Of a DNA stretch of 64,000 nt, positions 36,851 to 49,900 are shown in pieces. The stretch comes from Antedon mediterranea. Lineage: Eukaryota; Animalia; Echinodermata. The DNA lies in NCBI RefSeq assembly GCF_964355755.1, contig NC_092680.1, positions 19,601,045 through 19,665,044 of the forward strand. Direction: 5' to 3'. The notes below the pieces were generated by a model. The model saw nothing but the letters and a program-made list of their open reading frames with translations, was not told where the DNA came from and ran no database searches. The translations under genes and the position numbers were made by a program. The number at the start of each line of letters is the position of its first letter. Within the stretch, counting starts at the first letter, position 1.

Positions 36851-37959
36851 TGAGTTATGTATACTGTATAAATCATAAAGAAAATAATATTTTATAATAA
36901 TAAAATATAATAAATATTTAGGTAATAATATTCAAAACTTGAAAAGAAATGGTTTTTTTTTATACTTAGCCTAGTCTCCTAGCCTAGGAGGCTAGTCTAA
37001 GTAGTTAGGCATAGGGCCTATCTAGGCTAGGCCTATTACTTATACTTATTAATAAATAAGCTATTAACTTACTTACCTTTTGGTTTGTAGGCCAGGCCTA
37101 TAAACTCTTCTTTGGTTGTTGGTACCACTCCAGGGAGAACATCTCCCTGTTGGTACCCCGTCAACAAGTGCGGAAAATGTTGATAGTCTTTCGGTTTGTG
37201 TAAAGCAAGGCCTATTATATTTAAATATATTATTTAGTCCTAGACCTAGACTAGGCCCCTCTAGATAGGGGCTATTTATTCATTTAAGCGAAGACCCACA
37301 GAGAGATAGTTTCGCCATGCATGGCCCATGCATGGTCAACTGTGTAATTAATAATAATATTTTCCTTTTATTTTCAGTTAGTGAATAGTAGGCCTAGGCT
37401 AGACCCTATTATATCTAATGTAAAGTTTGTTATTTTGCATCGATGCACATTCAAGCAAGGTGTTCCGACAACAGAATTAAGGCGCATGTTGACCCCTTCC
37501 TGCCAATATAGAAAACAAATCACGTTTAACTAAGCTAGCTACTGTATCTAGGGTGTCAGGGGCTATATATTTTACAGAATAGAAATCGGTGACCGAATAT
37601 TCAGTTCGAATTTTTTTCTTGAAAAAGCAGAGCTTGTGAATGAAACACTGCGCTTATATGACTACTGTCTGTATGACACATGTCGTCGTGGATGCACATC
37701 GTACAGCTTAACGGCGAGTGCGCCACTAAAAGGCCTCTTGTTATTTTGTAACTATGTTGGCAAAGAGACACGCAAGCTTTTTTCTCAAACTGATGCATGT
37801 GCATGCAACTATGTCTATTCATTAATCCATATTGTCAGCAGTCATGATATTGTTGGTATAATGGAATATGTTATTAACTGTTACATGATAAGTAGTAATC
37901 AAAATTAAAATTAATTGTTTGGAAAATACTTTTAATGAACATTCTCATTGCAGCTTACA

Positions 37960-40900
37960 ATGGAAGTAAATCAAGAGACTCTGGCAGCCATAGCTGGTGT
38001 CTTGCAGAAGACACTCTGTGATGATTTGCAGGAACGCAAAACAGGTACAAAACAAAATTTAAAATATTGATAACTATTCCATATCTGCAGGTGTAGGATG
38101 TGGACAGTCACACAATTTAAATTCTCAATAGATATTACGCATACAGAAGAAGACTTCTCCATCTATGCATTTTATTTAGAATCTAACTAAAAGCTCTATC
38201 CACACTATCAAACTTTATGTGACAAAAATATGTTGTAGTGATATATCACATTGTTTTGTCACATAAAGTTTGATAGTGTAGACAGAACTTAAGAGCATAT
38301 ATTTATTGATGTAAGAAATAATTTTTTTTTTTTCCAGCTGAAAAAAGTCTAGAGTCGGTTGAACGAAACCAGAATTATGCAGTGATTCTGCTGACACTAG
38401 TTGACATGGACAGTCTTGATATGATTATTAGGGTATCTGCCTCAATAACATTTAAGAACTTTATCAAAAGAAACTGGAGAATTGTAAGTCTATAGATCAT
38501 AACAGTTTGTTTAAATTAATTTTTCCTTTCCATTTTTGGGTCATTAGTGGTGATTAAGTGAGTGGAACCGTAATTGCGTAGCCATAACATCGGCAAGGGT
38601 TCGAGGCTCACTCGCTCCATGGTTCTGGAACACGCTTAAGTAGTAACAATTGACATGAGGTCAAATTACAGTCCGTGCTTGTACACCTTTATGCAAATGA
38701 GTTTGGGAATTTCCCTGCATGCGTGTGCGGATACAACTGCTGCAAGTCTTCTAGGACAAAAACTGTGTTCAGTTTAAAAACCCAGTGCATATTTTCTGGT
38801 CGAATAAGAGGTGATTGTTATGTTCAGGTTTATCAAATCCTCTGTTGTGGTGGAAAAACTAGTCTGTGCCATTTTGGTGGCAGGTTAAATACACAAAGGT
38901 CAGAAGGGTAATGGTAGTCCACACATGTGCAGAATGAAGGAGGTTATTTTGCTATACAGTATTAACATTTTGAATTTTATAAAGCACACAATCTCTATTA
39001 AAAAATCATCTGCAATACAATGAAATGTTATATTCAGATAGATGATGAACCAAATAGAATAAGTGACAGTGATCGCAGCACAGTCAAATCCAAGATTGTT
39101 GATCTTATGTTAAAGATGCCAGAACAAATTCAGAGACAGGTAAAGGAGATAAGTTTAATGGTGTTTAAACATTGTCCCCTGAAAATGTATTTAATAATGA
39201 TATTTAGTCCTCTTTTGTTAAGCTCTGTCTACACTATCAAACTTTATGTGATGTGCCCATATAATGATGATATATCACTACCATATTTGGGCATATCAAC
39301 ACCATATTTGGGCATATCAACACCATATTTTTTTCAAACTAGTTTAATAGTGTAGACATAGGTCTCATGTGCCTGAATTATTCTGTAAGTTAGTATTGAT
39401 GTTGTTGGTACATGCAAATTTGAAAAAGAATCTTGGCTGTGTTTACAAGGAAACCGTACAACTTCCCCTATTTCAAGGCTATAAATAGTTACTATATCAG
39501 ACATAGACTACGTTTATACGTGATACAGACACTGAAATAAATTTCTTGTGTGCCCTATGTGGACATGATGACATCACTACCATATTTGGGCACATCATAC
39601 TTTTTTTGTCAAACTAGTTTGATAGTGTAGACAGAGCTTAAGGTAATCATGAAATACAAACATAACTTAATGTGATATGTATTTTTTATTATGCATTCTA
39701 TCTAATGTCTTTCAACAAAAACGGCAAAGTACTGTATATTTTAGATATCCGGACATTATACTATAAATAAATCCAATGGTAAATTACTAGGAAAATGATC
39801 AAAAACTGTAGGTTTGCAAATATATTTCTTTTTCTATCAGCTTAGTGATGCTATCAGCATAATAGGAAGAGAAGATTTTCCAGACAAATGGCATGATCTA
39901 CTCCCGCAGATGGTGTCAAAGTTCAGCAGTGGGGATTTTCATGTTATTAACGGTGTCCTAAGAACAGCTCATTCTCTATTTAAAAGGTAACTAAATGTTG
40001 GTTTGTCCTTGTATCTTCACCCACATGCTGCAAAATGCTGCCTATATTATGAATAATGTACACCATAAGGTTTATCACAAAAGCGTGGGAAGGATTTGGG
40101 AGCAAACGTCATGATGCGTACACACATGATGTCTAGTTTTTACATTGCGCATCGTGGCGTTTGCTCCCAAACACTTCCCATTGTGCAAAGACGTTCCTCG
40201 TGAAATTTGCGATAAACCTTATTTACATTAGTGGCATGTTTGGCATGATCCCTCCTTAACCTCTAAAACTACCTTTTCTTTACCTTTAAAATCCCATACT
40301 CCGGTAATAGTCCTACCAACTATTAGACTTAGTAAATCCCTTAACCGATTCACCACGATAAGCGCTCATAAGGTTAAAAGTCAAGGTCATTGTAAACAAA
40401 TTGTCAACAAAACAAAAAAGGAAATCGAATTTAAATGAAAATATAATTCGAAAATATAACCGTTTTTCGAAGCACGCCGTTCGAAACGCGACAGCTGCGT
40501 TGAATGAATCTAGGCCTAAACATACAACGTAAAATTGTCTAAAATCCATCTTTATTTGTAATAATCACTATTCTGAAGCTTGTATACAATAAATGTATAA
40601 TAAATAAAGATTATGTATCAGTTACAGTGTCTAAATCGTCATATTTCCATGTAAAAATGTGATTTTTCTACTGGAGAAAAGTCGTGAAGATGTCCTCACG
40701 AGGGCCGTGCCATATTGCTTACCTTTGATTGTATTATGAACCCTGACATGTCAGATGCATTATGGGCATTAAATATTTGTTCAAACTCTGCGCAAAGGTC
40801 AGTTTGTTGAAGCATAACTTTTGACAAACATTTTGATACCAAACTTGTTTTGGTTTCATTAATTTAAAACAAACTTTGAATCAATATCAAATCAAATTCT

Positions 40901-43900
40901 CATGCTATGTAATTGTTTCTATTGATTGTAGGTACAGGCATGAATTCAAATCACAAACATTGTGGACAGAAATCAAGTTAGTTTTGGACAATTTTGCAGC
41001 ACCAATTACAGAACTGATGAAGGTAACTTGCTTGCTACTCCCATCATTATATTTGCCTCATGAATTATTTTTGAATCAAGAGAAACTGTCTCCTTAATAG
41101 GAGTTTTTACTGTATTTCAATAGAATGCTATTTAGAAAGGTATTAAATGTGTTCATGCTGTGTAATTGAGTAACTTTGGATTTGTGAATGTATCAGTGAA
41201 TCATAATGATTGGTTCCCACTAGAGACACAACACAAGGACATAACGCAATGTAAGTGAGTTGACCAATCACAAGCGATGGATTATTCAAATTGTCGCTTT
41301 TCACTGGTCAACAAGCTTGCGTTGTGTTTATGTCCTTGTGTGGCATCCTAGTGGAAACCAAGCTTTAAGGATATTCAGATTTGCAATGACCGTAAATGTT
41401 AGTTCATTAGTGTATTTTTATGTGAATTTTGAACTTTTTAACTTTGAAAAAACGGAAATAATTTCAAAACATGTACTATATTTTACTGTGTTTGACCATT
41501 CATCACTCCTCACATTGACACAGGTTTGATGGTTTCTAGGTCCAGATGACCAAGAACGACACATCAATTGTCCTAACTTGAGCCTTGTCTACACTATCAA
41601 ACTTTATGTGACAAAAAAAATGTGATGTGCCCATATGGACATAATGATGTCATATCACTACCATATTTGGGCATATCACTACCATATTTGGGCACATCAC
41701 ACTTTTTTGACAATGTAGACAGAGCTTTAGGTTGGTCTTCGCAAATCGATGCTCCCTTATAAAATGACAACCTCTCTTTCCACAGGCAATGACCGATTTT
41801 GCAGAACAGCATGAAAACAATGCAGATGGAATTAAAGTGATCTATAGCTCTATAACACTCATTGCCAAGTTGTTCTACAGTCTTAATTTCCAGGTTTGTT
41901 AATGCAATTGTGTTGTATAGGTCGTGAGGTAATTTCCCGAATGATTATATTAAAAAAGGTACGGGGTTTGGTCTGCTAGCGTTCCTGTTCCCAACTAGTC
42001 ATCCATTTATAGAAGCGTTGATGAAGCAAGCCTACCTGGTTGTGACTACTGTATGGAATGATCCTGAGATATTTTGAGTGTAGTTGATAGAAGCCAGTTT
42101 GTTCTTCATATCTAATTAGTGCCTTTGGTACCTCCTGTAAGCGGCCACTTTTTTTACAACAAATTAGTATGGTAAATTACTTCCCGTAAAAATTGTATTG
42201 ACTTTTGACAACAAAAATACAATATTCATACATTTCTGTGAAGAACATTCCTGTGTTTTCCCGGTCCCGAGGGTGGCCGCTTACGGAAGGTTTAACTGTA
42301 GGCTTGAGACAATAATTATCTTGAAAAGGAGTAGGGACATGAAAATCCTAATTTAAAGGACAAGTACATCCATTTAAATAGTTATGTTGATAATTAACCT
42401 AAAATAGTAATGACCAATACTTGATCTACTTAAACCTCTTTCTGACAGACTACAGTTCCGGTAATATAGGCCTACCAAGCAACAGTTCCGGTAATATAGG
42501 CCTACCAAGCCACAGTTCTGGTAATATAGGCCTACCAAGCCACAGTTCCCATAATATAGGCCTACCAAGCCACAGTTCCGGTATTATATGCCTACCAAGC
42601 CACAGTTCCCATATTATATGCCTAACATATGCCGGTATGGTTTGAGAAAAGGGCTTTAGTAACTTTAGAATTTGGTTGATATTATTTAAATGCAGTTACA
42701 TAATAGTGCTTTTTATTTAAATAGGATTTACCAGAATACTTTGAAGACCACATCAAGCAATGGATGGATCATTTTCACAAGCTCCTTACAAAGGATATTC
42801 CACTTCTACACACAACAGTATGTGTTTGTTTTACATTGTTTTTTTATGGTTCCTGATTAATGATCTGGCTGTAGTTCTATATTTGGTTTTTCTCTTGTGT
42901 GGTAAACCACATTTTTTCCACAAAATAATTCTTGTAGCACCACAAAAAAATGTCATGAGGTTTTTTCCGCTTGACCGCTGTTGGAAAATAAACAATATGA
43001 ATTTTAAACCTGCGCTACCGTTTAATTATCGTATATAGGATGTTTTATGCATCACAATGTTAAATAAAAAATGTCTAAAGCTCTGTCGGTACTATCAAAC
43101 TTAATGTGGGGAGGATGACTTGTCAAACTCAAATGAAATAAAATAAAATTGGAAAAAAAGATAAATAAATTAGCATGCATGAAACACCCTAATATTACCT
43201 ACATCATGTGTAAACTAATTTCAATTTTAATTTGGGAAACTGGTTTTATTGCATCATACTATTACTATTGCCTATCTAATACAATTTTTTCATTTTGTTT
43301 GTATGTTTATTTGTTGTTGAAAACATTTTAATAATTCCATGAAATTTAATATTAAAGAGTAAATGATGGTTTTTTTTTATATATATATATTTCAAATTCA
43401 ATACTACCTACCTTATTTAAGTACCTTGTTAATTTATATTTTGTAATTGTTTATAAAAGAAAGATAACAGATGTTTACTTATCCAATTACGACTACTTGC
43501 AGGATGAAGATGAGGTTGGTCCATTGGAATTGTTACGCTCACAGATCTGCGACAATGTCGCCCTCTATGCTCAGAAGTATGATGAAGAATTTCAACCATT
43601 TCTTCCAGACTTTGTAACAGCCATTTGGAATCTATTGGTCACCACCAATGAACAAGTTAAATATGATTTGGTGAGAACTTGTGGTAGCACTAGTACTAGT
43701 TACATATTATAACCAAACAGCTTTTACATAAGCATGGGTTAGAGCTGCAGGCTGCATTGTTTTGGCCAGGGATGTAGGCCCATTTGTTGTGTAATATAAT
43801 TAGCTAAACCATGCCAATGAAGAGTACAATATTTATTTTTGCATACAAGATGGTGGTATTCTGTGTCTATAATTTAAAACCCCACCCCCTCTCCAATCAG

Positions 43901-46900
43901 CAGCACTGACCTTAGGGAATAGAATGTCTATGAGAGGGTTTCTGATTGTGTGTTACATTAACCAGTGACCATGCCGTATACAGCAGTTAATTGTTAAGCT
44001 CTGTCTACACTATCAAACTTTAAAATTATATTTTACGTTTTACATACATTTACAGATCAGTATTTGTTTTTTTAATAGTTGGTTAGTAAAGCGATTCAAT
44101 TCTTGGCGTCAGTAGCAGAGCGGCCACATTACAAGAACTTGTTTGAATCCCAAGATGTATTAACAGGAATTTGTGAAAAAGTCATCATCTCTAACATGAA
44201 CTTTAGACGTGAGCTATTTAGGTTTATATTTAAAACGAGTGCTTAAGCTCTGTCTGCACTATCAATCTAGTTTGACAAAAAAAGTGTGATGTGCCAAAAT
44301 ACAGTAGTGATATGCCCAAATATGGTAATGATATGACATCATTATGCCCATATATGGGCACATACCATTTTTTGTCACACAAAATTTGATAGTGTAGACA
44401 GAGCTTTAGGGAGGTTGGTGGGATAACTAATTCTTCCATCCAATTTACCCATGTACACCACTGCTCACCCAAGTTGTATGCTTTTTGTATCGTCACCCAT
44501 CTTTCCCGCTCCTGAAGCCACTAACATGTCGATATTTTTGTGTTTAATATTCAATAATTTTTTGTTCGTTTTTAACTAGACACATGCTTGTGATAACATT
44601 GCTTAAATTTTGAAAACTGAACTGATAAAAATTGTTAATTATTTTTTAGCTGCCGACGAGGAACTGTTTGAAGACAACCCTGATGAATATATTAGAAGAG
44701 ACATAGAAGGTTCAGGTGAGATTTGTTTCTGGCCATATATAGACATGATGATGCCATATATAGACATGATGATGCCATATATAGACATGATGATGCCATA
44801 TATAGACATGAAGATGCCATAATAGACATGATGATGCCATATCACTACCATATTTGAGCATATCACTACCATATTTGGGCACATCACACTTTTTTTGTCA
44901 AACTAGCTTGATAGTGTAGACAGATCTTTAATAAGCTTTCGATTTTCGATGACCAACGACCAAAGTATGTCACTATGCTCATTAGAGGATTGGTATGTAT
45001 TTTTTCAGTCCCCACCTCGACACAATATTGATGGTTTCTAGGTCAAGGTGATGACCGGCAACATATTTATTGACCTGACTGGGTATGTCAAGTGTCGTCG
45101 CAATTCGAATGCTCCCTATTAATAGACATTTAATTAAAAAGAGAAATAAATATATTTACATTTTTAACCTTTTATATTTGATAATTATTTTTACTTTAGA
45201 TATTGACACTCGTAGACGTTCAGCGTGTGATCTGGTTGGCTCTCTATGTAAATTCTTTGAGGAAGCCGTCATTACAATCTTTTCTGGATATGTTCAACTT
45301 ATGTTGCAGGTCAGTGGGCATTAAAGTTTCTGAATAAGCTGAATAAAACAGAAAAACTAAATAATTGGGCAATCACTGATGTGAAACTGCCAAAATTTGT
45401 TTTTGATGGAATATGCGTAGAGCAATGTGCATCTAAAACTGGAAAAATATGAACAATATGAACGTGCAATCATGGATGCAATGGTTAACTCACTAATTAA
45501 TTAAACCCAGGCTTTCAGTTAGTAAAAATAAGAAGTTTAAGCAACTAGAAAAGAGCCTTGAGTGAGTGCCCATCAGAGCAGTGCCACCACAACATTACTA
45601 ATAAACAATGCCACCACACTACAATTTAATTTGTCTCTTGTTTACTTAAAGGAGTATGCTAAGAACCCAGCTGCCAACTGGAAGAGCAAGGACATGGCAA
45701 TCTACCTTGTAACATCACTGGCTTCAAAGTCAAAGACTGCCAAACATGGCACAACAGAGACCAGACAGCTGGTCAATATAGCAGACTTCTTCAATGTCAA
45801 TATTGCTCCAGACCTCGTCTCTCCCAATAGTATGTTGTTACTTTTACTATTGTATTTCACATCAGCTGATATTCACTATTTAAACCATGGACACTCTTTG
45901 TATGTATTTAGAATGCGCATAAGAACACTTTCACAGCTGTGTAGTTTACTGGTGTAAAAAAAAAAAGATCGCTAATAAGTGTTGCTTGGCGCAAGAATGG
46001 CACAACTTTACAAACCATAACTTTGAGTAACTTTCTTATTCTCTATTGATATTTATGTTTGTACATAATCAGTTGTTTATTAATATTTTAATTTTTAGTC
46101 GATGATGTTCCTGTTCTGAAGGCTGATGCTATAAAGTACCTAATGACGTTCAGGAGTGTGTTACCCCCAGAAATCATGAAGACTTACGTACCACGTCTTA
46201 TAACTTTCCTGACAGCTCAGAGCCCGGTAGTTAATACATATGCTGCACATGCATTAGAAAGAACATTCACTGTCAAAACACCCGAGGGAAAACCAGTGTG
46301 AGTATTTGCTTATAGATAACTAAAGAAGAGTATTTCTTTCAGGAATCGAGCGTTAGATTAGAATTTAGTGGCGTAACGGCTATGAGCTCTCACTTGCTAA
46401 ACCCAGGGGCCACGGAGCTTATGGAGCCCCTGAGCAAATCCCATATGAAAACGCCAGAGGGAGGGCCACGCCGCTTAGGGTCCCTAATCAAGGGGCCTCA
46501 TTCCTCTGCGTTACACCACTGTAATTATTACCATATTGGCATATGCATCATTTTTTTATTTATATTTAAAACTCTAACTATTGCATTTCAAATTCAGATT
46601 ACATGCAGATGACATAAAGCCCCACTGTCAGCAGCTTATGGATAATCTATTTCTGGCTATGAACAAAGCAGGGTCAGAAGAAAATGAATATGCAATGAAA
46701 GGTGAGGACATTCATTCTTTCAATTGTTATTTTATTCATAGACATCCAACAGCAAGTAGCATGCCAATTAAATAATAAATAAACATGTTTAGAAACTAAG
46801 AATCATTGATCTAGAGAGTGGAATAACAGTTACAACCAGGATTGAAACTTTGGGATCGGAAGACGTCCCTGTCGCATCGATTTACAGCTACATTCGCCCT

Positions 46901-49900
46901 TGTTACGTTTCACTGAATGGAAGATGGTCCTGTTCAATCCTGTATATCGTTTTCCATTATTTAACTACGCCGTCTTCTGTTCAGTTTACATTTCAATTAA
47001 TTTTAACTGCGGACCATAATTGAGCTGTTTTTGTGTGTGCATTCTATTCTAGCTTTGATGCGGAGCTTTTCTTTACTACAAGAGAACATTATTCCATACC
47101 AAAATTTCATTTTAAAGAATTTGACTCTCAAGCTGAAGGCTGTAAGCAAGGTAAGAATACCATTTTTACACTGTAAATACTTTGCAAATGTACACTCCCT
47201 TTGCGACACTCCTATTCAGGGGACAAGAAATAAATGACAACAAATATTTACTTTGGTTATTTTGAAATATGACTCAAAATCATAGTTTGTAGTGGAGCTT
47301 TAGCTTGTTGGTTAACGTGCTTGCCTTCCAAATCCAGGGTCCAGGATTCAATCCTGACCAGTGCCAGGGTTGTAACTCACAGCTCTTTCAACTCCACTCC
47401 CTAAGCCTAAAATGAGACTAAGTTAATAAGCACGCTAAATTATAAAATAGTTTATCCATCCTGTAATTGGCGAGTCTGTGCTGTTGGATGTGTTTGAAAT
47501 AAAAAAAAACAAAGTTAAGGTGAATTTTTTTCCTAAGAATGTTAGCTAAATCTGCTCCTAGATAAATTCTGGAAAACCAAACTGAGAGAGTTTTGACTGT
47601 ATTTTGTATACTTTTTTTAGAATCCAAGCAAGCCTCATTTCAACCACTACCTGTTTGAATCACTGTGCCTTTCTATTCGGATATGTTGTAAGACAAACTC
47701 AGCTCATGTTAATTTATTTGAACAAGAGCTCTTCCCACCATTTCAAGAGATTCTCCTAGCAGACGTTCAGGGTAAGTAGTTTTCTACCATGTAAATATTT
47801 CTCTACACTATCTACTATAACTAATTTGACAAAAAAGTGTGATGTTCCCAAATATGGTAGTGATATGCTCAAATATGGTAGTGATATGACATCATCTTGT
47901 CCATATATGGGCATGTCACATTTTTTTTGTCACATAAAGTTTGATAGTGTAGACAGAGCTTAAGACAAAATGTAATGTTAATCTGAAGATATAGTTGTCT
48001 TATGGCATATCTAAGATTACATTACAAATTAACCCTTCCTCTCCTTCAGAGGACACCCGTATTAAGGGGACAATCGGGTACCCCCTCCCTGTTCCCACTT
48101 AATAAGGCTTCTACTGTATGTCAGAATTTCTATCCATGAATGTTAAGCTCTGTCTGCACTATCAAACTAGTTTGACAGACCAAATATGGTAGAGATATAC
48201 CCAAATATGGTAGTGATATGACATCATCATGTCCATATATGGGCACATCACATTTTTTTGTCACATCGTTTGATAGTGTAGACCGAGCTTTATTCTATTT
48301 TCAATTCGTCCATCCTGTTTAATTAATCCATACAGTACTTAGCAGATTTATAACATTCAAATATTTTTATTCAATACAAACTTACTACTGTCAAATATAA
48401 TACATTAGATTGGCACCCACTCCTAACCTTTCTGTTTTAATTGACATTTGAACTTATAGATTTATTGTACAGACTTAACCTCATTTGTACTTTCTCAGAG
48501 TTTGTTCCATATGTGTTCCAAATTATGTCTATACTATTGGAGAAGCATGACACTTGCCCGCAGGCATACATGGAGTTATTCCCACACCTTCTGCTTCCGG
48601 TGCTATGGGAGAGAACTGGAAATATCCCACCACTTGTCAGACTTCTCATGGCATTGATTCAGAAAGGTCCTCAACAAGTTGTTGCATCTCAAAAACTGGT
48701 AAATATATAGTTATTATTCTCAAACTAATAATACTATAAGTATATATTTTGGATTCAAATCTCAGTTGAGGCGACTTTTTCTCATTCTCACAGATTTCCT
48801 CATCTTATTGTTTCAAATTAATTAATTAAATTTCAGTATATCACCGGGCGGTTTAGAATTAATGTTCTTGGCCTGTTCTGTTTATATATATATATACACA
48901 TACATATATTACATACATATATATGGCATGTCCACAGGATACTCATAGAATTTGATCCTTGAGAGCCTACACAATTCGTTCTTTTGTGCATCTTCTTCAC
49001 ACACACAGTCTAAACACTATATATAAACAATACAGGCACAGAACAAATTCTAAACCGCACAGTGATACACAGAAAATGTATTAATTAATTTAAAATGATA
49101 AGATTAGGAAATCTGTGAGAATGAGAAAAACTCCCCCAAATATTTATTTTGTTTTTTCACCTAGGGAGCCTTACTGGGAGTTTTCCAGAAATTGATTGCT
49201 TCCAAGAACCATGATCATGAAGGTTTCTATATTTTAGAGTCAATGATTGAACATATAAATCCGTAAGTGTAATTGGATGATAATATTAATTTGCATAAAG
49301 GTGTAAAGCTCTGTCTACACTATCAATCAAATTTGACAAAAAAATGTGATGTGCCCAAATATAGTAGTAATATAACATCATGCCCATATATGGGCATATT
49401 ACATTTTTTGTCACATAAAGTTTGATAGTGTATACAAGGCCTAATGGTATATTTAGAGGAGTTCACTGTTTTTTTCCCATTTCTGATTAGAACTGCTCTT
49501 CAAGACTTTCTAGGAGACATATTTATGCTATTATTCCAAAGACTTACCAGTTCAAAGACTACAAAATATGTAAAAAGTAAGAAAAGAATTTCATTTATAT
49601 ATTTTATTTATATTTATTATATATACTTTTTATAATCACAACTGGCCTATTTGACATTATGTCATTATAAGATACTTTTGTTTTAATTCTAGATTTACTG
49701 GTCTTTTTCTCACTGTATGCTGTCAAGTATGGTAGCTCAAACCTAATTACCATTGTTGATGGTATTCAACCAAAGTAAGAGATATTTTATAGCCAAACTA
49801 CTTAAAAACAAAATGAACACCCTTGATATCACAAAGAATTTTTTTTATTTTCGGTGAAGACTAGCATTTAGAATAATTTTCAAAGAACAGAGAACTGGTT

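Noticed and set aside
47294-47366. Functional tRNA-Gly gene
   Set aside because: The acceptor and anticodon stems are poorly paired, so a SINE head or pseudogene explains it better.
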